A stretch of 63,861 nt of DNA, counting the filler, from Vannella sp. (lineage: Eukaryota): assembly GCA_023345925.1 (NCBI GenBank). It is 6 parts of 6 records of this genome, joined end to end, with 100 filler letters (N's around TTAATTAATTAA, not from the genome) between each part and the next. Parts side by side here need not be neighbours in the genome. Positions count along the whole stretch, not along the records: positions 1 to 15,289 come from JAJQQN010000947.1; 5 more parts are not named here. One strand, written 5' to 3'. Under the pieces are notes generated by a model, which saw only the letters and a list, made by a program, of their open reading frames with translations, made no database searches and was not told the origin of the DNA. A program made the position numbers and the translations under genes. Shown piece by piece: positions 1 through 10,675 of the stretch (position 1 is the first letter of the stretch; every line of letters begins with the position of its first letter).

Positions 1-280
1 GAATTTAGAGGCACTTTTCAACGGAGGCCAGGGGACGTGGTTGAGTGGAGCCGTGAATTCTCTCGGAATCCTTACGGCTTTTAAAAACTTAGCCATAACC
101 ATCCCTGGTTCACCCATTTAGAAACTCAAAAATCCCCTTGAATTCTATTTCTTCATGATTTTCCTCCAGAAGCATTTTCGCGTGTTTTCGTTGTTTGAAG
201 ATTTCGAGGAATTGGGAATCAGCCATTTAAAAGGTTCCTATTGGACGTCGGATTGCATTTTGAGCCACCTTGAACACTTG

Positions 281-1828
281 ATGAGTGGAGCAGCATTACC
301 ACCATTTCATGGCCGATTCCCGGCGAAGGAGAGGGACGTGACCGAGTACTTTGACAAACCGGACCTCTTTCGGGGCAAGGTGGAGGCTTTGGCGCGAGAG
401 CTGAAAGATTCAGCGTTTACTGTGGCTTACACTGGGGCTGGAATCAGCACTGCGTGTGGGATACCGGACTATCGAGGACCAAAAGGGCATTGGACACTCA
501 CAGCGGAGGGAAAACAGCCTCTTCCTTCGCCTGACTTGACCCAAACTCTGCCTTCTGCAGGACATATGGTCCTCTCAGGGATGGTAACCTCAAACCTGGT
601 GAAGTACGTGACTAGTACGAACATTGACGGACTTCATCGTCGGTCTGGGGTCTCTTCTGGATCTTTGAGTGAGCTGCACGGGAACGCCTTCCTCGAGGTA
701 TGTCCATCTTGTCATAGAGAGTATGAAAGGACCTTCAAGTGCGTCAAGAATGACTTGGGATCGATCAGTCTCGCTGGCTCTGGACCAATGGACCACTCCA
801 CTGGCAGAGCCTGTGAAGAATGCCAGGGCAACCTAAACGATGTGATTGTCCGCTTTGGAGAGTCTTTGCCAGACAATGTTCTTGAGATGGCGAAGGACCG
901 AGCCGGAAAGGCCACTTTGTCTTTGGTTCTGGGAACGTCGCTCTTGGTGGCCCCTGCAAACCAGCTCCCGCTTCAAAACGGCCCCAAAGCGACCAAACTG
1001 GTCATTGTGAACCGTCAAAAGACCCCTTTCGACCATCTGTGTCACATTCGCATCTTTGCTGACACTGACGATGTCCTTCTCGAGCTCTCCAAGCTTCTGT
1101 GTCTTGATTATCCCACTGAGACTACTGATGGCTACGCTGTGGCGGTTCCTGAAGTTGAGCATAGCCTGAAGTACGAGCGAACAATGCCAGAGTTGCTGGC
1201 TCGAAGAAAGCAAGAGGAGCAGAGATACCAGCCGAAGCGCGGCCAACTGGCCTTGGAGAAACGCTCTGAGGAGAAGATCGTTGTCGATGGCAGCTTTGGA
1301 TTGGCGCCCTCAACATTGCTGTTTGTCAATGATTGTTCCCGAGTGGAGTGCGAGATCAACTCCGTCTGTGCCAAGGTTATCTTGCACCGAGTAAAGGACT
1401 CTCATGTGTTCTTGCGGGGGAGCATTCTGACAAGCTGCCTGGAAGTGATTGAATGCGAGAATGTGGAAATTCACTTCTCCAAACCCGTTCTCACAGTAAC
1501 TATCGACCTCAGCCGGAGATGCCGTCTGGTTTACCAACGGACAGAAGACTTCTGTGACGTGTTCAGTAGCGCATCCGAGGGCATTGCAGTGGTTTTGGAA
1601 TCACAGGAACCAATGGTTATCGAGCCAAGCAGTGAGTCTCTTGCAGTGGAGCCAGGAGATGCGACCCCTCAATTCATCACTCGTTATCTGGCGGACTCTC
1701 TCACCACTGAACTGGTCGTACGCGAGGGTGCTGGATATGCGACAACTGCCAGGGAGAAGAAAGCTGCTGATGAGAAGCAGGCCGCTTTAGAGCAGCAACT
1801 GATGAGGATGCTGGCTCTCCCTCAATAA
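281..1828 (+). CDS. Sir2-family NAD-dependent deacylase (SIRT6/7-like) fused to a C-terminal CAP-C/cofactor-C-like beta-helix domain
   Basis: GAGISTACGIPDYRGPKG, NIDGLH, ELHG, CPSC/CEEC zinc ribbon, FGESLP, GTSL, IVNRQ motifs. The C-terminal ~190 aa has CAP-C-like beta-helix repeats and QFITR...LTTELVVREGAGYATTARE. Likely start is ATG 281; no introns needed. Confidence 0.85.
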   Translation: MSGAALPPFHGRFPAKERDVTEYFDKPDLFRGKVEALARELKDSAFTVAYTGAGISTACGIPDYRGPKGHWTLTAEGKQPLPSPDLTQTLPSAGHMVLSGMVTSNLVKYVTSTNIDGLHRRSGVSSGSLSELHGNAFLEVCPSCHREYERTFKCVKNDLGSISLAGSGPMDHSTGRACEECQGNLNDVIVRFGESLPDNVLEMAKDRAGKATLSLVLGTSLLVAPANQLPLQNGPKATKLVIVNRQKTPFDHLCHIRIFADTDDVLLELSKLLCLDYPTETTDGYAVAVPEVEHSLKYERTMPELLARRKQEEQRYQPKRGQLALEKRSEEKIVVDGSFGLAPSTLLFVNDCSRVECEINSVCAKVILHRVKDSHVFLRGSILTSCLEVIECENVEIHFSKPVLTVTIDLSRRCRLVYQRTEDFCDVFSSASEGIAVVLESQEPMVIEPSSESLAVEPGDATPQFITRYLADSLTTELVVREGAGYATTAREKKAADEKQAALEQQLMRMLALPQ

Positions 1829-2019
1829 AGAATCATCTCACTGCCCTTCACTACCACTGATTCTTGCTACTCCTGTTTCATTCGTTGAGACCTTCAAACT
1901 GGGGAGCGTGAGTACAGAGGCCTGTCAACGGTGTGAGGAGGGGATAAAGTTCTGTTCTCTGTTTGAATTCAGAGGACAGCGAAACGCTGTGTTTGGGAAT
2001 GGCAGTGAGATGATTCTTT
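1827..2019. repeat. Inverted repeat with a perfect 19-bp stem and a degenerate inner extension
   Basis: AAAGAATCATCTCACTGCC (1827-1845) is the exact reverse complement of 2001-2019. Confidence 0.9.
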
Positions 2020-2122
2020 GAGTTGTTCAGCAGCTGAACCAAAGGTGGGAGGTCTCAAACGTCTCGGGTGTGAGGGAATGCAGGAAGAGCGGCTGGAGCT
2101 GAATCGGTCTGTTGGAGCCAGT

Positions 2123-2219
2123 TTGAAAGTCTCTCAATTGGACCAAGTTGACACTTCAATGGAGATGGAAGGACAAAGGGGGTTCTTTGTCAAGTTGTTT
2201 CCAATTGAGAGACTTTCAA
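2123..2219. repeat. Inverted repeat with a perfect 20-bp stem
   Basis: TTGAAAGTCTCTCAATTGGA (2123-2142) is the exact reverse complement of 2200-2219; the stem extends inward via CAAGTTGACA/TGTCAAGTTG. Confidence 0.9.
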
Positions 2220-3013
2220 CTTGACAACTTTGCCACTGCTCGAGGAGTGAAGCAAACAAGCTTCCTTGCCAACGATAAAGTCAGCAACGCTTCTTTGAAG
2301 GAGTCCATGCGGGAGAATGGACTTCTGGTGTGGTGGACCTGTTCATCCCGAAAGGTTGCCTGTAAATTAGGTTGTGGGACTTGGGTGGCAAGTTTCTCAT
2401 TCTCTTCTCCCTCGTCTCCTGACGGCTCACCACTGGTGGGACGCTGCAACATTCAGTCCCCTGGACTGGCCTTCTTCAGGTGCCCTAACCTTGTGCGTTT
2501 CCGCAGACCCAAACGATGAGCGGAGCTCTTTACCAACAGTTCCCATCAAGGTAGGCTGGGGATCTACCGACAGAGGGTGTTTCTCTTTGTCGGCCATTCT
2601 CGTTGCAGTTCCTGAATATGAAGAGTACGAAGCATTCAAAAGGACCGATTTCGGCCAGGACGGCGATGGGCTTGTGGACATCTCGGCAATCATGTCTTCC
2701 TAGTAGGTACTGTCACTGAGAAGCGCTCACCTACAATGGAGTACTTGTTCCCCGTGCCTAAATCCCAACTCGGTCCTCTGGCCGCTTTCTGGAAGTTCCT
2801 TTGCAACGGGATTTTACTGTTTGTGATTCAGGCGCTTTCTAAATTAAAACGATCCGAAAGCTCCATTCCAGTTGGACCCTTCCCGGCGGTTGGTCTTTCG
2901 TCTGCACTCAGAGGCTCTGTTGGCGCGTTGCAGACAAGCACTTCCATCTGTTTGTATTCTCCGCTTGAGTAGGAGAACAGGTAAGGCTCTCTCTCCTCTT
3001 GTTCTCTTCGCAC
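2216..3013 (-). CDS. Hypothetical spliced protein (5' end unresolved)
   Basis: ORFs 2427-2693 and 2216-2452 join in phase through a GTTAGG...TGCAG intron (2489-2444); a second GTAGGT...CTAG intron at 2734-2700; no recognisable domain. Confidence 0.35.
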
Positions 3014-3086
3014 AAGGTTTTGTTACGTTCGGGAGGTCTTGACTGACCTTGTGGGCCAGAAGGGGGGCGACCAGCACTTTGATAAA

Positions 3087-3911
3087 ATGGGCTGTTGTTT
3101 GAGTCGAGAAGGAGAAGAGGAGACAGAGAAGCGTCGGCCTCGGAGTGCCTACAATATTAAGGACGAGAAGGGTCAGTTCAAGACCTCCGCTCATCAGGAA
3201 GAGTTCAACGCTTCCAAGTGGGAGGAAGACACAAAGAGTATATGGAATCGTCCTCTCTCTCTATTGTCCTGCCATATGGACCTCCCACGCTTAGGACACA
3301 AGATGAGGGTCCTTTTGAATGACCAGCCGACAGGCAAGACGGAAGAGGAGATGCAAGGGACAGGCAAGATGCAAGTGGTCCTCGAGATCATCCTCAGCAT
3401 CGCTGAAAATTGCCAGGAGAAGCCAGAGCTCATCGAAGACATCCGCAATCGTTACTTCGAGTTTGTCCACGAGGATGGCTCTGGTGACCTCTCGCAACAG
3501 CTCAAGTCCTTCCTTGAAGAAGTGGTTCCTGAGGACTCGAAGCTGTGCAGCGTCCTGAGCTTATGTCACCAAAAGATCGTGTTTCCCGCTTACTACTCCA
3601 TCAAGGAGAAGATACACGACCTCCTGGCCTTCAAGGACAGTCGAGGATCATGGAGCATCGACGTCTTCCTCACAGAAGACACCTGTACAGTGGTTCACAG
3701 CAAAATACAGATGGCAAAGGACGCCATCAGCGAGGCCGAACCGGAGTGGAGCTTCCGCTGGGAGCTGGTCATCTCCCTGTCCGGAGAGAACTTTGGAAAC
3801 ATCAACGAAGTGTTCGTTCGTATCGCTGACGTCACCACAAAGCCAGACCTGCCCGCAGACCGAGTCCAACAAATCCGCGGGGTCTTTGAGAGGCAATACC
3901 CTCCCAAGTGA
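3087..3911 (+). CDS. Predicted N-acylated protein with a domain resembling the GlfB-like C-terminal domain
   Basis: Starts MGCCLS (myristoylation/palmitoylation pattern); HQKIVFPAYY...FKDSRGSWSIDV...HSK...FRWEL resembles the amoebozoan GlfB-C-like domain (from memory). Confidence 0.6.
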   Translation: MGCCLSREGEEETEKRRPRSAYNIKDEKGQFKTSAHQEEFNASKWEEDTKSIWNRPLSLLSCHMDLPRLGHKMRVLLNDQPTGKTEEEMQGTGKMQVVLEIILSIAENCQEKPELIEDIRNRYFEFVHEDGSGDLSQQLKSFLEEVVPEDSKLCSVLSLCHQKIVFPAYYSIKEKIHDLLAFKDSRGSWSIDVFLTEDTCTVVHSKIQMAKDAISEAEPEWSFRWELVISLSGENFGNINEVFVRIADVTTKPDLPADRVQQIRGVFERQYPPK

Positions 3912-4015
3912 CACTCTCAGGCCCCCAGCAACGTCCCACTTGTACTTTTACCCACTTTTTGAGCTAAAGCCACCTTCCTAGTCGTCCTACGGCGCCATTC
4001 TTGCTTCCCTCCTCC

Positions 4016-4936
4016 ATGACGGAGTCGGCGAAGGCTCCGATTGTGCAGATCTCGCGCACGGTTGCGTTTACGACTGCGGGGTTGGGTGGTGTCATTGGCT
4101 GGGTGTGTGTACATCCCTTCAACACGCTGGCAGTGCGTATGAACTTGAACATTTTGAACAACGCGGAGAAGACTCCAAGTTTCTATCGTTTCGCTCAACG
4201 GACCGTTGCTAAAGAAGGCTTCATGACGCTATACAGTGGTCTGAGTGCGGGTATCATCCGACAGATCTTCTACGCAACCTCTCGCTTTGGTTTGTACGAG
4301 GTCTTCCGTGACCAAATGGCAAAGTACCGCGAAACCGACATTTGGGCTCGTTTGCTGGTCGGTTCTGTCTCTGGAGGAGTTGCAGCATTCATCTCTTGCC
4401 CTGCTGAGGTCTCTCTCGTACGAATCTCCAACGATAAGTCCCTCCCGGAGGCGAACCGACGCAATTACAAGAGCGTCGTCGACGCAGCAACGCGGATCTA
4501 TCGCGAAGAAGGCATTGCAGCCTTCTGGAGAGGATCTGCACCCTTTGTCAACCGTGCTATGTTGGTAGGAGCAGCTCAAGTGGGCACTTATGACCAGTTC
4601 AAGGAGATGTTCGCCAAAGCAGGTGTCCCCAGCGGTCTCCCTAACGTAGTATGTGCTTCAATGAGCTCTGGTCTGTTGTACTCGGTCATCACGATGCCCT
4701 TCGAGGCCGTTAAGAACCGAATGGCCTTCCAAGTCCCAACAGCAAGTGGCGAGCTGCTCTACCGAAGCACCTTCCAGTCCATGCGCCTGGTCACCCAGAA
4801 GGAGGGCTTCTCCTCTCTCTTCTCAGGCTTCCTCCCCTACTACGGACGGTGTGGAGGACACACTGTGACCATGTTCGTAGCTGTGGAGCAGCTTCGGAAG
4901 TTCTACATCAGTACCAAGACTCCCAAGCAAGCATAA
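4016..4936 (+). CDS. SLC25A11: Mitochondrial 2-oxoglutarate/malate (dicarboxylate) carrier
   Basis: Three carrier repeats (HPFNTLAVRM, CPAEVSLVRI, MPFEAVKNRM), RQIFYATSRFGLY, RRNYKSVVDA, YDQFKE. Confidence 0.85.
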   Translation: MTESAKAPIVQISRTVAFTTAGLGGVIGWVCVHPFNTLAVRMNLNILNNAEKTPSFYRFAQRTVAKEGFMTLYSGLSAGIIRQIFYATSRFGLYEVFRDQMAKYRETDIWARLLVGSVSGGVAAFISCPAEVSLVRISNDKSLPEANRRNYKSVVDAATRIYREEGIAAFWRGSAPFVNRAMLVGAAQVGTYDQFKEMFAKAGVPSGLPNVVCASMSSGLLYSVITMPFEAVKNRMAFQVPTASGELLYRSTFQSMRLVTQKEGFSSLFSGFLPYYGRCGGHTVTMFVAVEQLRKFYISTKTPKQA

Positions 4937-4968
4937 AGCGTAAGCACGGGCTCCATTTCTCCAGCACC

Positions 4969-5370
4969 ATGGCGGGGGACGAGCGCGAACAAGCGGGGAT
5001 CATGGTGGCTGGAATGGGGCTGTTCTTTGTGGGCTTTGGCGTGTGTATGTACCTCGACCGCGCCTTACTAGCATGTGGGAACCTCATGTTCCTCACGGGA
5101 GTGGCCATCGCCATCGGAGCTCGCAAGGCGCTGAGCTTCTTCTTCCAAAAGGGACACACTAAAGGCTCCCTCTTCCTCCTCAGCGGTATCACCCTCGTCC
5201 TCCTACAATGGGCTATCATTGGCCTCTTCCTCGAGACTATTGGCTTCCTCCTGCTCTTCCGCCACCTCCTCCCCGTCTTCGCCACCCTTGCAGGGAAGCT
5301 TCCTTTCATTAGCACGCTCCTGCGTGTGTTCCAAGCCACACGGTTACTGTCATCCTCTTCTCTGTTATAA
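4969..5370 (+). CDS. GOT1: Got1/GOLT1 vesicle transport protein
   Basis: GVCMYLDRALLACGNLMFLTG...FFFQK...IIGLFLETIGFLLLF signature, four TM segments. Confidence 0.85.
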   Translation: MAGDEREQAGIMVAGMGLFFVGFGVCMYLDRALLACGNLMFLTGVAIAIGARKALSFFFQKGHTKGSLFLLSGITLVLLQWAIIGLFLETIGFLLLFRHLLPVFATLAGKLPFISTLLRVFQATRLLSSSSLL

Positions 5371-5371
5371 A

Positions 5372-8300
5372 ATGAGGCTTTCAGATCATTTGCTGGTGGT
5401 CGGGGAGGACTTCCATGCTCTCGTCCTCTTTGCCCTCTTTGTTGGTCCAGAACACTCCTGTGTCGAGGCAACCCAGTTGGGAGTTGTACTACGAGATGCT
5501 CTCAGCGATACAGAAGATGCTCGTCATCATCAACAACGTCAAGACCAAACTGGACGAGTTCCTTCGACCGTTGGGACGAGACTCGTCTCTCCAGATGTCC
5601 GAGGAGAAGCGTAGCGAGTTTGTGAAGGCTCTGGTATCTCACCTAGCCTTTAGCGCAGACAAACTGATCAAAACAGTGCCCGATCTCGACTTATTAGAGC
5701 CATCTTCGGACTCGGTTCTGCTTCGCGTCCTCCTTAACAAGGAGACGCGCTGCCTCCAGAGCATTGTCTTCAACTTTGCCGAGCTCACACAGAGGACCAA
5801 TAACGATGAGCTCTTTGGCCATGAGGACATCCAAAGCACCTCCCTCGAACTGGACGAGCTTCTCGCGCACTTGGATCAAACCATCCGCCTGCTGCAAGCG
5901 CCCGCTGGAGAGGGCTTTCCCCGTATGGTGGAGGTTCTTCGGAACCTGGATGAGACTCAAGGGACCATCATTCAGCTTGTTCAGTCGACTGTTGGACTCA
6001 ACGACTCGAACAGCGCCGAAGTGCAAGCCTGTCTAGTCAAGGAAGCTCCCGAGCACTTCGATCGAGTGATTGAGCTGGTAGAAGAGGTCAGGAAGAAGTT
6101 CCCTGATCGCGAGCGCCTGCTCAAGGAGATGCACGGAGCCGTTGACTTTGCCCTCCAAGAGGTCCAAGGCATCGCTCTGAACATCACACAGGACCCTGTC
6201 TATGCAGAGGAGAAGGTCACGTCTGTCTTGTGTGCGGTAGACACCTCCTTCTTCTGTATCTCGTGTGATCTACAGCACAACCTCTTCCGGTATCCCCCCA
6301 AGATTCAGGTGAAGCCCAAGGAGCTCCGCGAGCTTGACATCGTCTCCTCTGTGGAGAGGACAAAGAGCAACTCTCTACCACACATGGAATCCACTTCCAT
6401 CCCTCCAGACTCGCCCAATCCGGAAAAGGGCGGGAAAAAGAAAAGGCGCAACTTCCCGAATCTCCCTTGGAAGAGGGGCCCTTCTTCCAAGCTCTCTCAT
6501 TCGCACGCATCAAAGGTATCCACGGACACTCCCAAATCTGAGTCCTCGTCAGGCATTCCATTGCCCAGTGTCTCAGCTATCCGGGGCCGTGGGGGTGCCT
6601 CAGCGCAATCTCTGAGCAAATCACGATCACTACCCAACACAGGGTATCCTAACGATCTTCAGACGGAGGGAGACTCGGAGGCAGACACGTTCCTGCCCTC
6701 CTCGTCTGATGGCTCAGCCACTATTTCACTCGTAACAGAGGAGGCGCTTGTCTGCTCCCCTAAAGAAGTGGCCCAACCTAGACCCCGACCGAAAAGCATT
6801 GCTTTTGATAGCACCATCGACACAGTCTCTTCGGAAGAGAAGACAGAAAGCACATTCCAGTCTAAAAGACCCAAAATCTCTCGGATGGTGAGCAAGTCAC
6901 GCGTCTTTCAACTCAGTGAGGCTCCTGATGCCTCTTCTGCACCGGAAGTTGAACTCCGCCAGAGTATATTCCAAGCCTTAAAGGAAGAATTCAGTTGGTT
7001 CGGTGAGATGTTCGACAAACAGCACGACACGGCCAAGTTCCGGGTGGAAACGAGGCTGGATGAACTCATTAAGAAGCAATTGATTAGCCACGGCCACCGC
7101 ATCCGCTCGATGGGCTCATCAGAAGTGCCTTTGGCAAAGCCAAAAGACTTGAATCAGTTTATTAGCAGAGATGTCATCGCTTCGGAGAATTGGAAGGGCC
7201 TCTTCCAGTCTACTACTACTATTCTCACTCCTCTTGAAGTGCCCAGGGTAAGCTAAGCGATTCACGAGTAAAGGGAACTCATTGAGGGGTTTAGCTTCGC
7301 TCTTGTGTGTCGCCTCTGGGTTCAGGAGCAGATCAATTGATCGCAGCAGCTTTTGCAGTGGTCCATTCGCCCAGTGAACGGGCTCTTCAGCCACTCCTAT
7401 CGGCCAGTGTTGAAGCGTATTACGGCAAGCTCCGCCAAATCATCAAAATTGGTATTTCAGGACCAGAACGACAAAAGGTGCTTGGGTTTCTTGAGAAGCC
7501 GCTTGATGAGGTCCTCTTGGACTCTCCTATCGAAGGCGAAGCCAACAAAGAACTGATTAATATCGATGGGGAAGACTATCAGCTTCAAGTGATCCTCGAT
7601 AAGATACAACAGAGAGTCTATCACACCGCTAACAACTTTAGGGCGCTTGTCATTCAGATAGGAAGCACCATTAATAGCATCGAAGTCAACTCGATGAGCA
7701 TAAGCGACACTTTGGTGGTCCAATTAGTGTCGAATATCACTTCCCAGCTCCGGCAGATCTTGCTTTTGCTCAATTTGGTAGCCACATCTGGGGAGTTCCT
7801 TTCTATGATCAAGTCCATGGAGCACCAGGACACAATTCGACAATCCCTTCGCTTGGAGGATCCTCAGATGCTCATCAATATCTGGGAAGCGGCCCCTCCA
7901 GAGTCCCACCCAGAGTTCTATTTGGGGTCTCTGAACAGTTTTGTACTTACTCTCACCGAAACAGAGAACGAAGTTGGTGCGTATTGAGATTGAAAGCGAC
8001 CAGGGAAGGAGTTAGGTCTAACTGGGTGAGGTATAGACTCGTACTTTCAAAAAGCCTTCCTGGCAACGTATCAGTCTTTTACTACCCCGCTCCAGCTCTT
8101 CCTGAAGCTGGTAGAGCGCTTTGTAGTACCAGAGTACGTGGATGTGAACACGGCCAACAAGGTGCGGTTGAGAGTGATCATCATGTTGAAGCATTGGATC
8201 AAGACACAGTTCTACGACATCAATAGGAGTCTCGTTGATGATATCGTTAGCTTCCTTTCCACTATAACGCAAACTGGACTATCCGGAATCGCTCAACAAC

Positions 8301-9212
8301 TCCTTAATATGATTGAACAAAAGGGTCAAGACCGAGAGGACTTCATCCACCGGATAGAAGCGGGAGAGCTTCCTGCTTTAGATACGAACCAATTGTACGA
8401 TCTCAATCCAGTCTCCCCTGCGGACTTGCTCTTTTCCTCGTCAGCAGAATGCATCGCCCAAGAAATCACAATGCACGACAGTGCCATCTTCCAGACCATC
8501 GAGGTACGTTCTCTGTCTTAGTATGGCCCTGTGAAGACCTCATTGGTTGGGTATTCAGCTATCAGAGCTTCTCAATCAGGCCTGGAGTAAGCCCTCTTTG
8601 CGCCATCAATCCCCCAATGTGATCCGTTTCATCCATGCCTTGAACAAGCTCTCCTTCTGGGTAGCAACGTCTATTCTCTGGTACGGCAGCACACAACAGC
8701 GCTCGCAAGTGGTCGAAAAGTTCATCGAGATTGCCATTCACTTGGTCAAGTTGGGCAACTTCAACAGTTTAATGGGAATCATTGGCGGACTCAATCTGGG
8801 CTTCATTAGTCGTCTCAAACTCACCTTCTTCGGAGTGCCCGAGAAAGCACGGAAGGAACTGAAACACTTTAACGAGACTCTCATGGTTCCTCGCCAGTCC
8901 TGGAAAGAGTATCGAGTAGCGTTAGCCAACCAACCATTGCCCCGCTTACCCTATTTGGGAGTGCATTTGTCTGACTTGACATTCATCGAAGACGGGAACC
9001 CGTCCAAGATTAACGGCTTCGTCAACTTTGATAAGCAGCTGATGATTTACAAGGTTTTGGAGCAAATTCTCATTTGTCAACAGCAAGCCTTTGCCTTTCC
9101 CCAGAGCGAACCTCTTCGCACTTTCTACTCGGAACTTCCATCCCTGACGGAAGAGGAGCTTTGGATTCTCTCCGAAATGCGTGAGCCCCGGATTGTCTCA
9201 GGCGCAGAATAA
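5372..9212 (+). CDS. Ras guanine nucleotide exchange factor (REM + CDC25) with a long helical/disordered N-terminus
   Basis: Spliced ORFs (introns e.g. 7248-7294); FLATYQSFTTP, LRVIIMLKHWI, IAQEIT, NFNSLMGIIGGL, LPYLGVHLSDLTFIEDGNP. Start is 5372 (via an intron ending at 5450) or 5415. Confidence 0.85.
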
Positions 9213-9301
9213 GACTTGTACAAACATACTCTCCTTTGCCCCAAGGGAAGGAACCAAACCAGACAAGAGAGAGGAAAGAACGCACTCTATTGTTTGGAGG
9301 T

Positions 9302-10153
9302 TCAGTCAGCTCGCAGGATCTCTCGCCGGCGCTGTTGAAGGGCGGCAAGCTGCTTCATTAGAGCGGACTCTTCTTTTTCAAGTTGGAGAAGTTGTTGGAT
9401 TTGGGTAGGGCTGATGGCAGACCGTTTGGGAGCGGGAAAAGGCCCTTCCAATGAAATGGGAACTATCTTGGTGGGGGCCGTCGGATTGGTGCTGCGGAGG
9501 GGCGTTGACCCGTTTGCTGCGTCGTCTACCTCATCGTCCATCATCGGAGTAGGGGTGGGACGTATCTCAGTGGGTTCTTGCTGTCTTGGCACTCGGCGGG
9601 GAGTGGAAAGACGTTTTTTTTCGATCTTTGTTGAAGTGGACGACATTCGCTGAGTAAGGAAGGAGGCTGGTGTGATGCCTCGAGCAGGAGTTGCCACTTT
9701 CTGAGATCTCCTGGGCGTCCCGGAGGGTTTCACGCGCAAAGGCTGCCCGAAGATGGAGTCTCTTCGAAGCGGGACCGGGCGGGAAGGTGATTCACCCGAC
9801 GATGCGCGTCGAGGGGTGAGAGAAAGGCGGTCTTCGTCATTGCCAAAGACACCAGCAAAGCCAAGTGGATCAGCGAGGATCTCACGCATCGAGTTCGGGT
9901 CGGATTGGAAGTTCTCCTTCGGAACCGGTCGAGGTGCCTTGGGAGTGTGTGATTCTTGCAGGGGAATGGGTATCGCTTGCATCCTGCGGGGTGTGGACAT
10001 CCTGCGAGAGGCTGAGTCGACCAGCTGGAGGCTGTTCTTTGACAAGCGCCTGTTCAAGGACTGACGCCTCTGAGGCGTTGTGCTTTGCTGTTGCTGAAGG
10101 CGGCGCTGTGCTTTGAGCATGGAATAGCCCATCGGGGTATCATCAAGGGCCAT
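9302..10153 (-). CDS. Low-complexity S/T-P-rich protein with a C-terminal coiled coil (upstream exon unresolved)
   Basis: 283-aa ORF, four TPRR motifs plus other S/T-P sites, terminal LLQLEKEESALMKQLAALQQRR; acceptor-like TTAG just upstream. Confidence 0.6.
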   Translation of the reverse strand: MALDDTPMGYSMLKAQRRLQQQQSTTPQRRQSLNRRLSKNSLQLVDSASRRMSTPRRMQAIPIPLQESHTPKAPRPVPKENFQSDPNSMREILADPLGFAGVFGNDEDRLSLTPRRASSGESPSRPVPLRRDSIFGQPLRVKPSGTPRRSQKVATPARGITPASFLTQRMSSTSTKIEKKRLSTPRRVPRQQEPTEIRPTPTPMMDDEVDDAANGSTPLRSTNPTAPTKIVPISLEGPFPAPKRSAISPTQIQQLLQLEKEESALMKQLAALQQRRREILRAD

Positions 10154-10675
10154 GGGCAGAGGCTAATGCCAACACAAAGCAAGCAAAATGCCGTTTGTTC
10201 TTTTCCCGCCCTTTTTAGTGCGGCAGATGGACCTCTGGTTTGAGAAGGAAAGCTTTATCTCGTGAGTAAGAGCTGTTCGTTGGGTGATAGATCGTTGTAA
10301 AGAGTGATCGGAGCTTCATGCTTTGATCTGCATGAGGAACGGTGGGACAAGGGGCGATCCCTTAATATCGGTTTGTATCGACTCGACAGGTGAGAGATCT
10401 GATAGAAGGTAAGTCAGGAAGCCTTTGCAAAGTGAGGAAGGAGAAGAAGAAGCTCAGAGTAACTATGACAAAGACATTCATCAAAGGCGTTCCAATCCTG
10501 ATAACCAAGATGTGCGGAGACTTATGTCGAGTAGATTATCCATCATCGCAACCAACAACGTGACTCAACGTACCACTTGCGCATGCTCCTCGCAGGGAAG
10601 AATAAAAAATGACGAAAGTTCGACCAAAACCCTGTAAAGTAATAATTACGCAATGATGAAAGTCTCATTTGGTTG

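Noticed and set aside
1827..2021. Open + strand frame of about 65 codons after the sirtuin stop
   Set aside because: No suitable start or splice donor links it to the gene; a frame of this length is expected by chance
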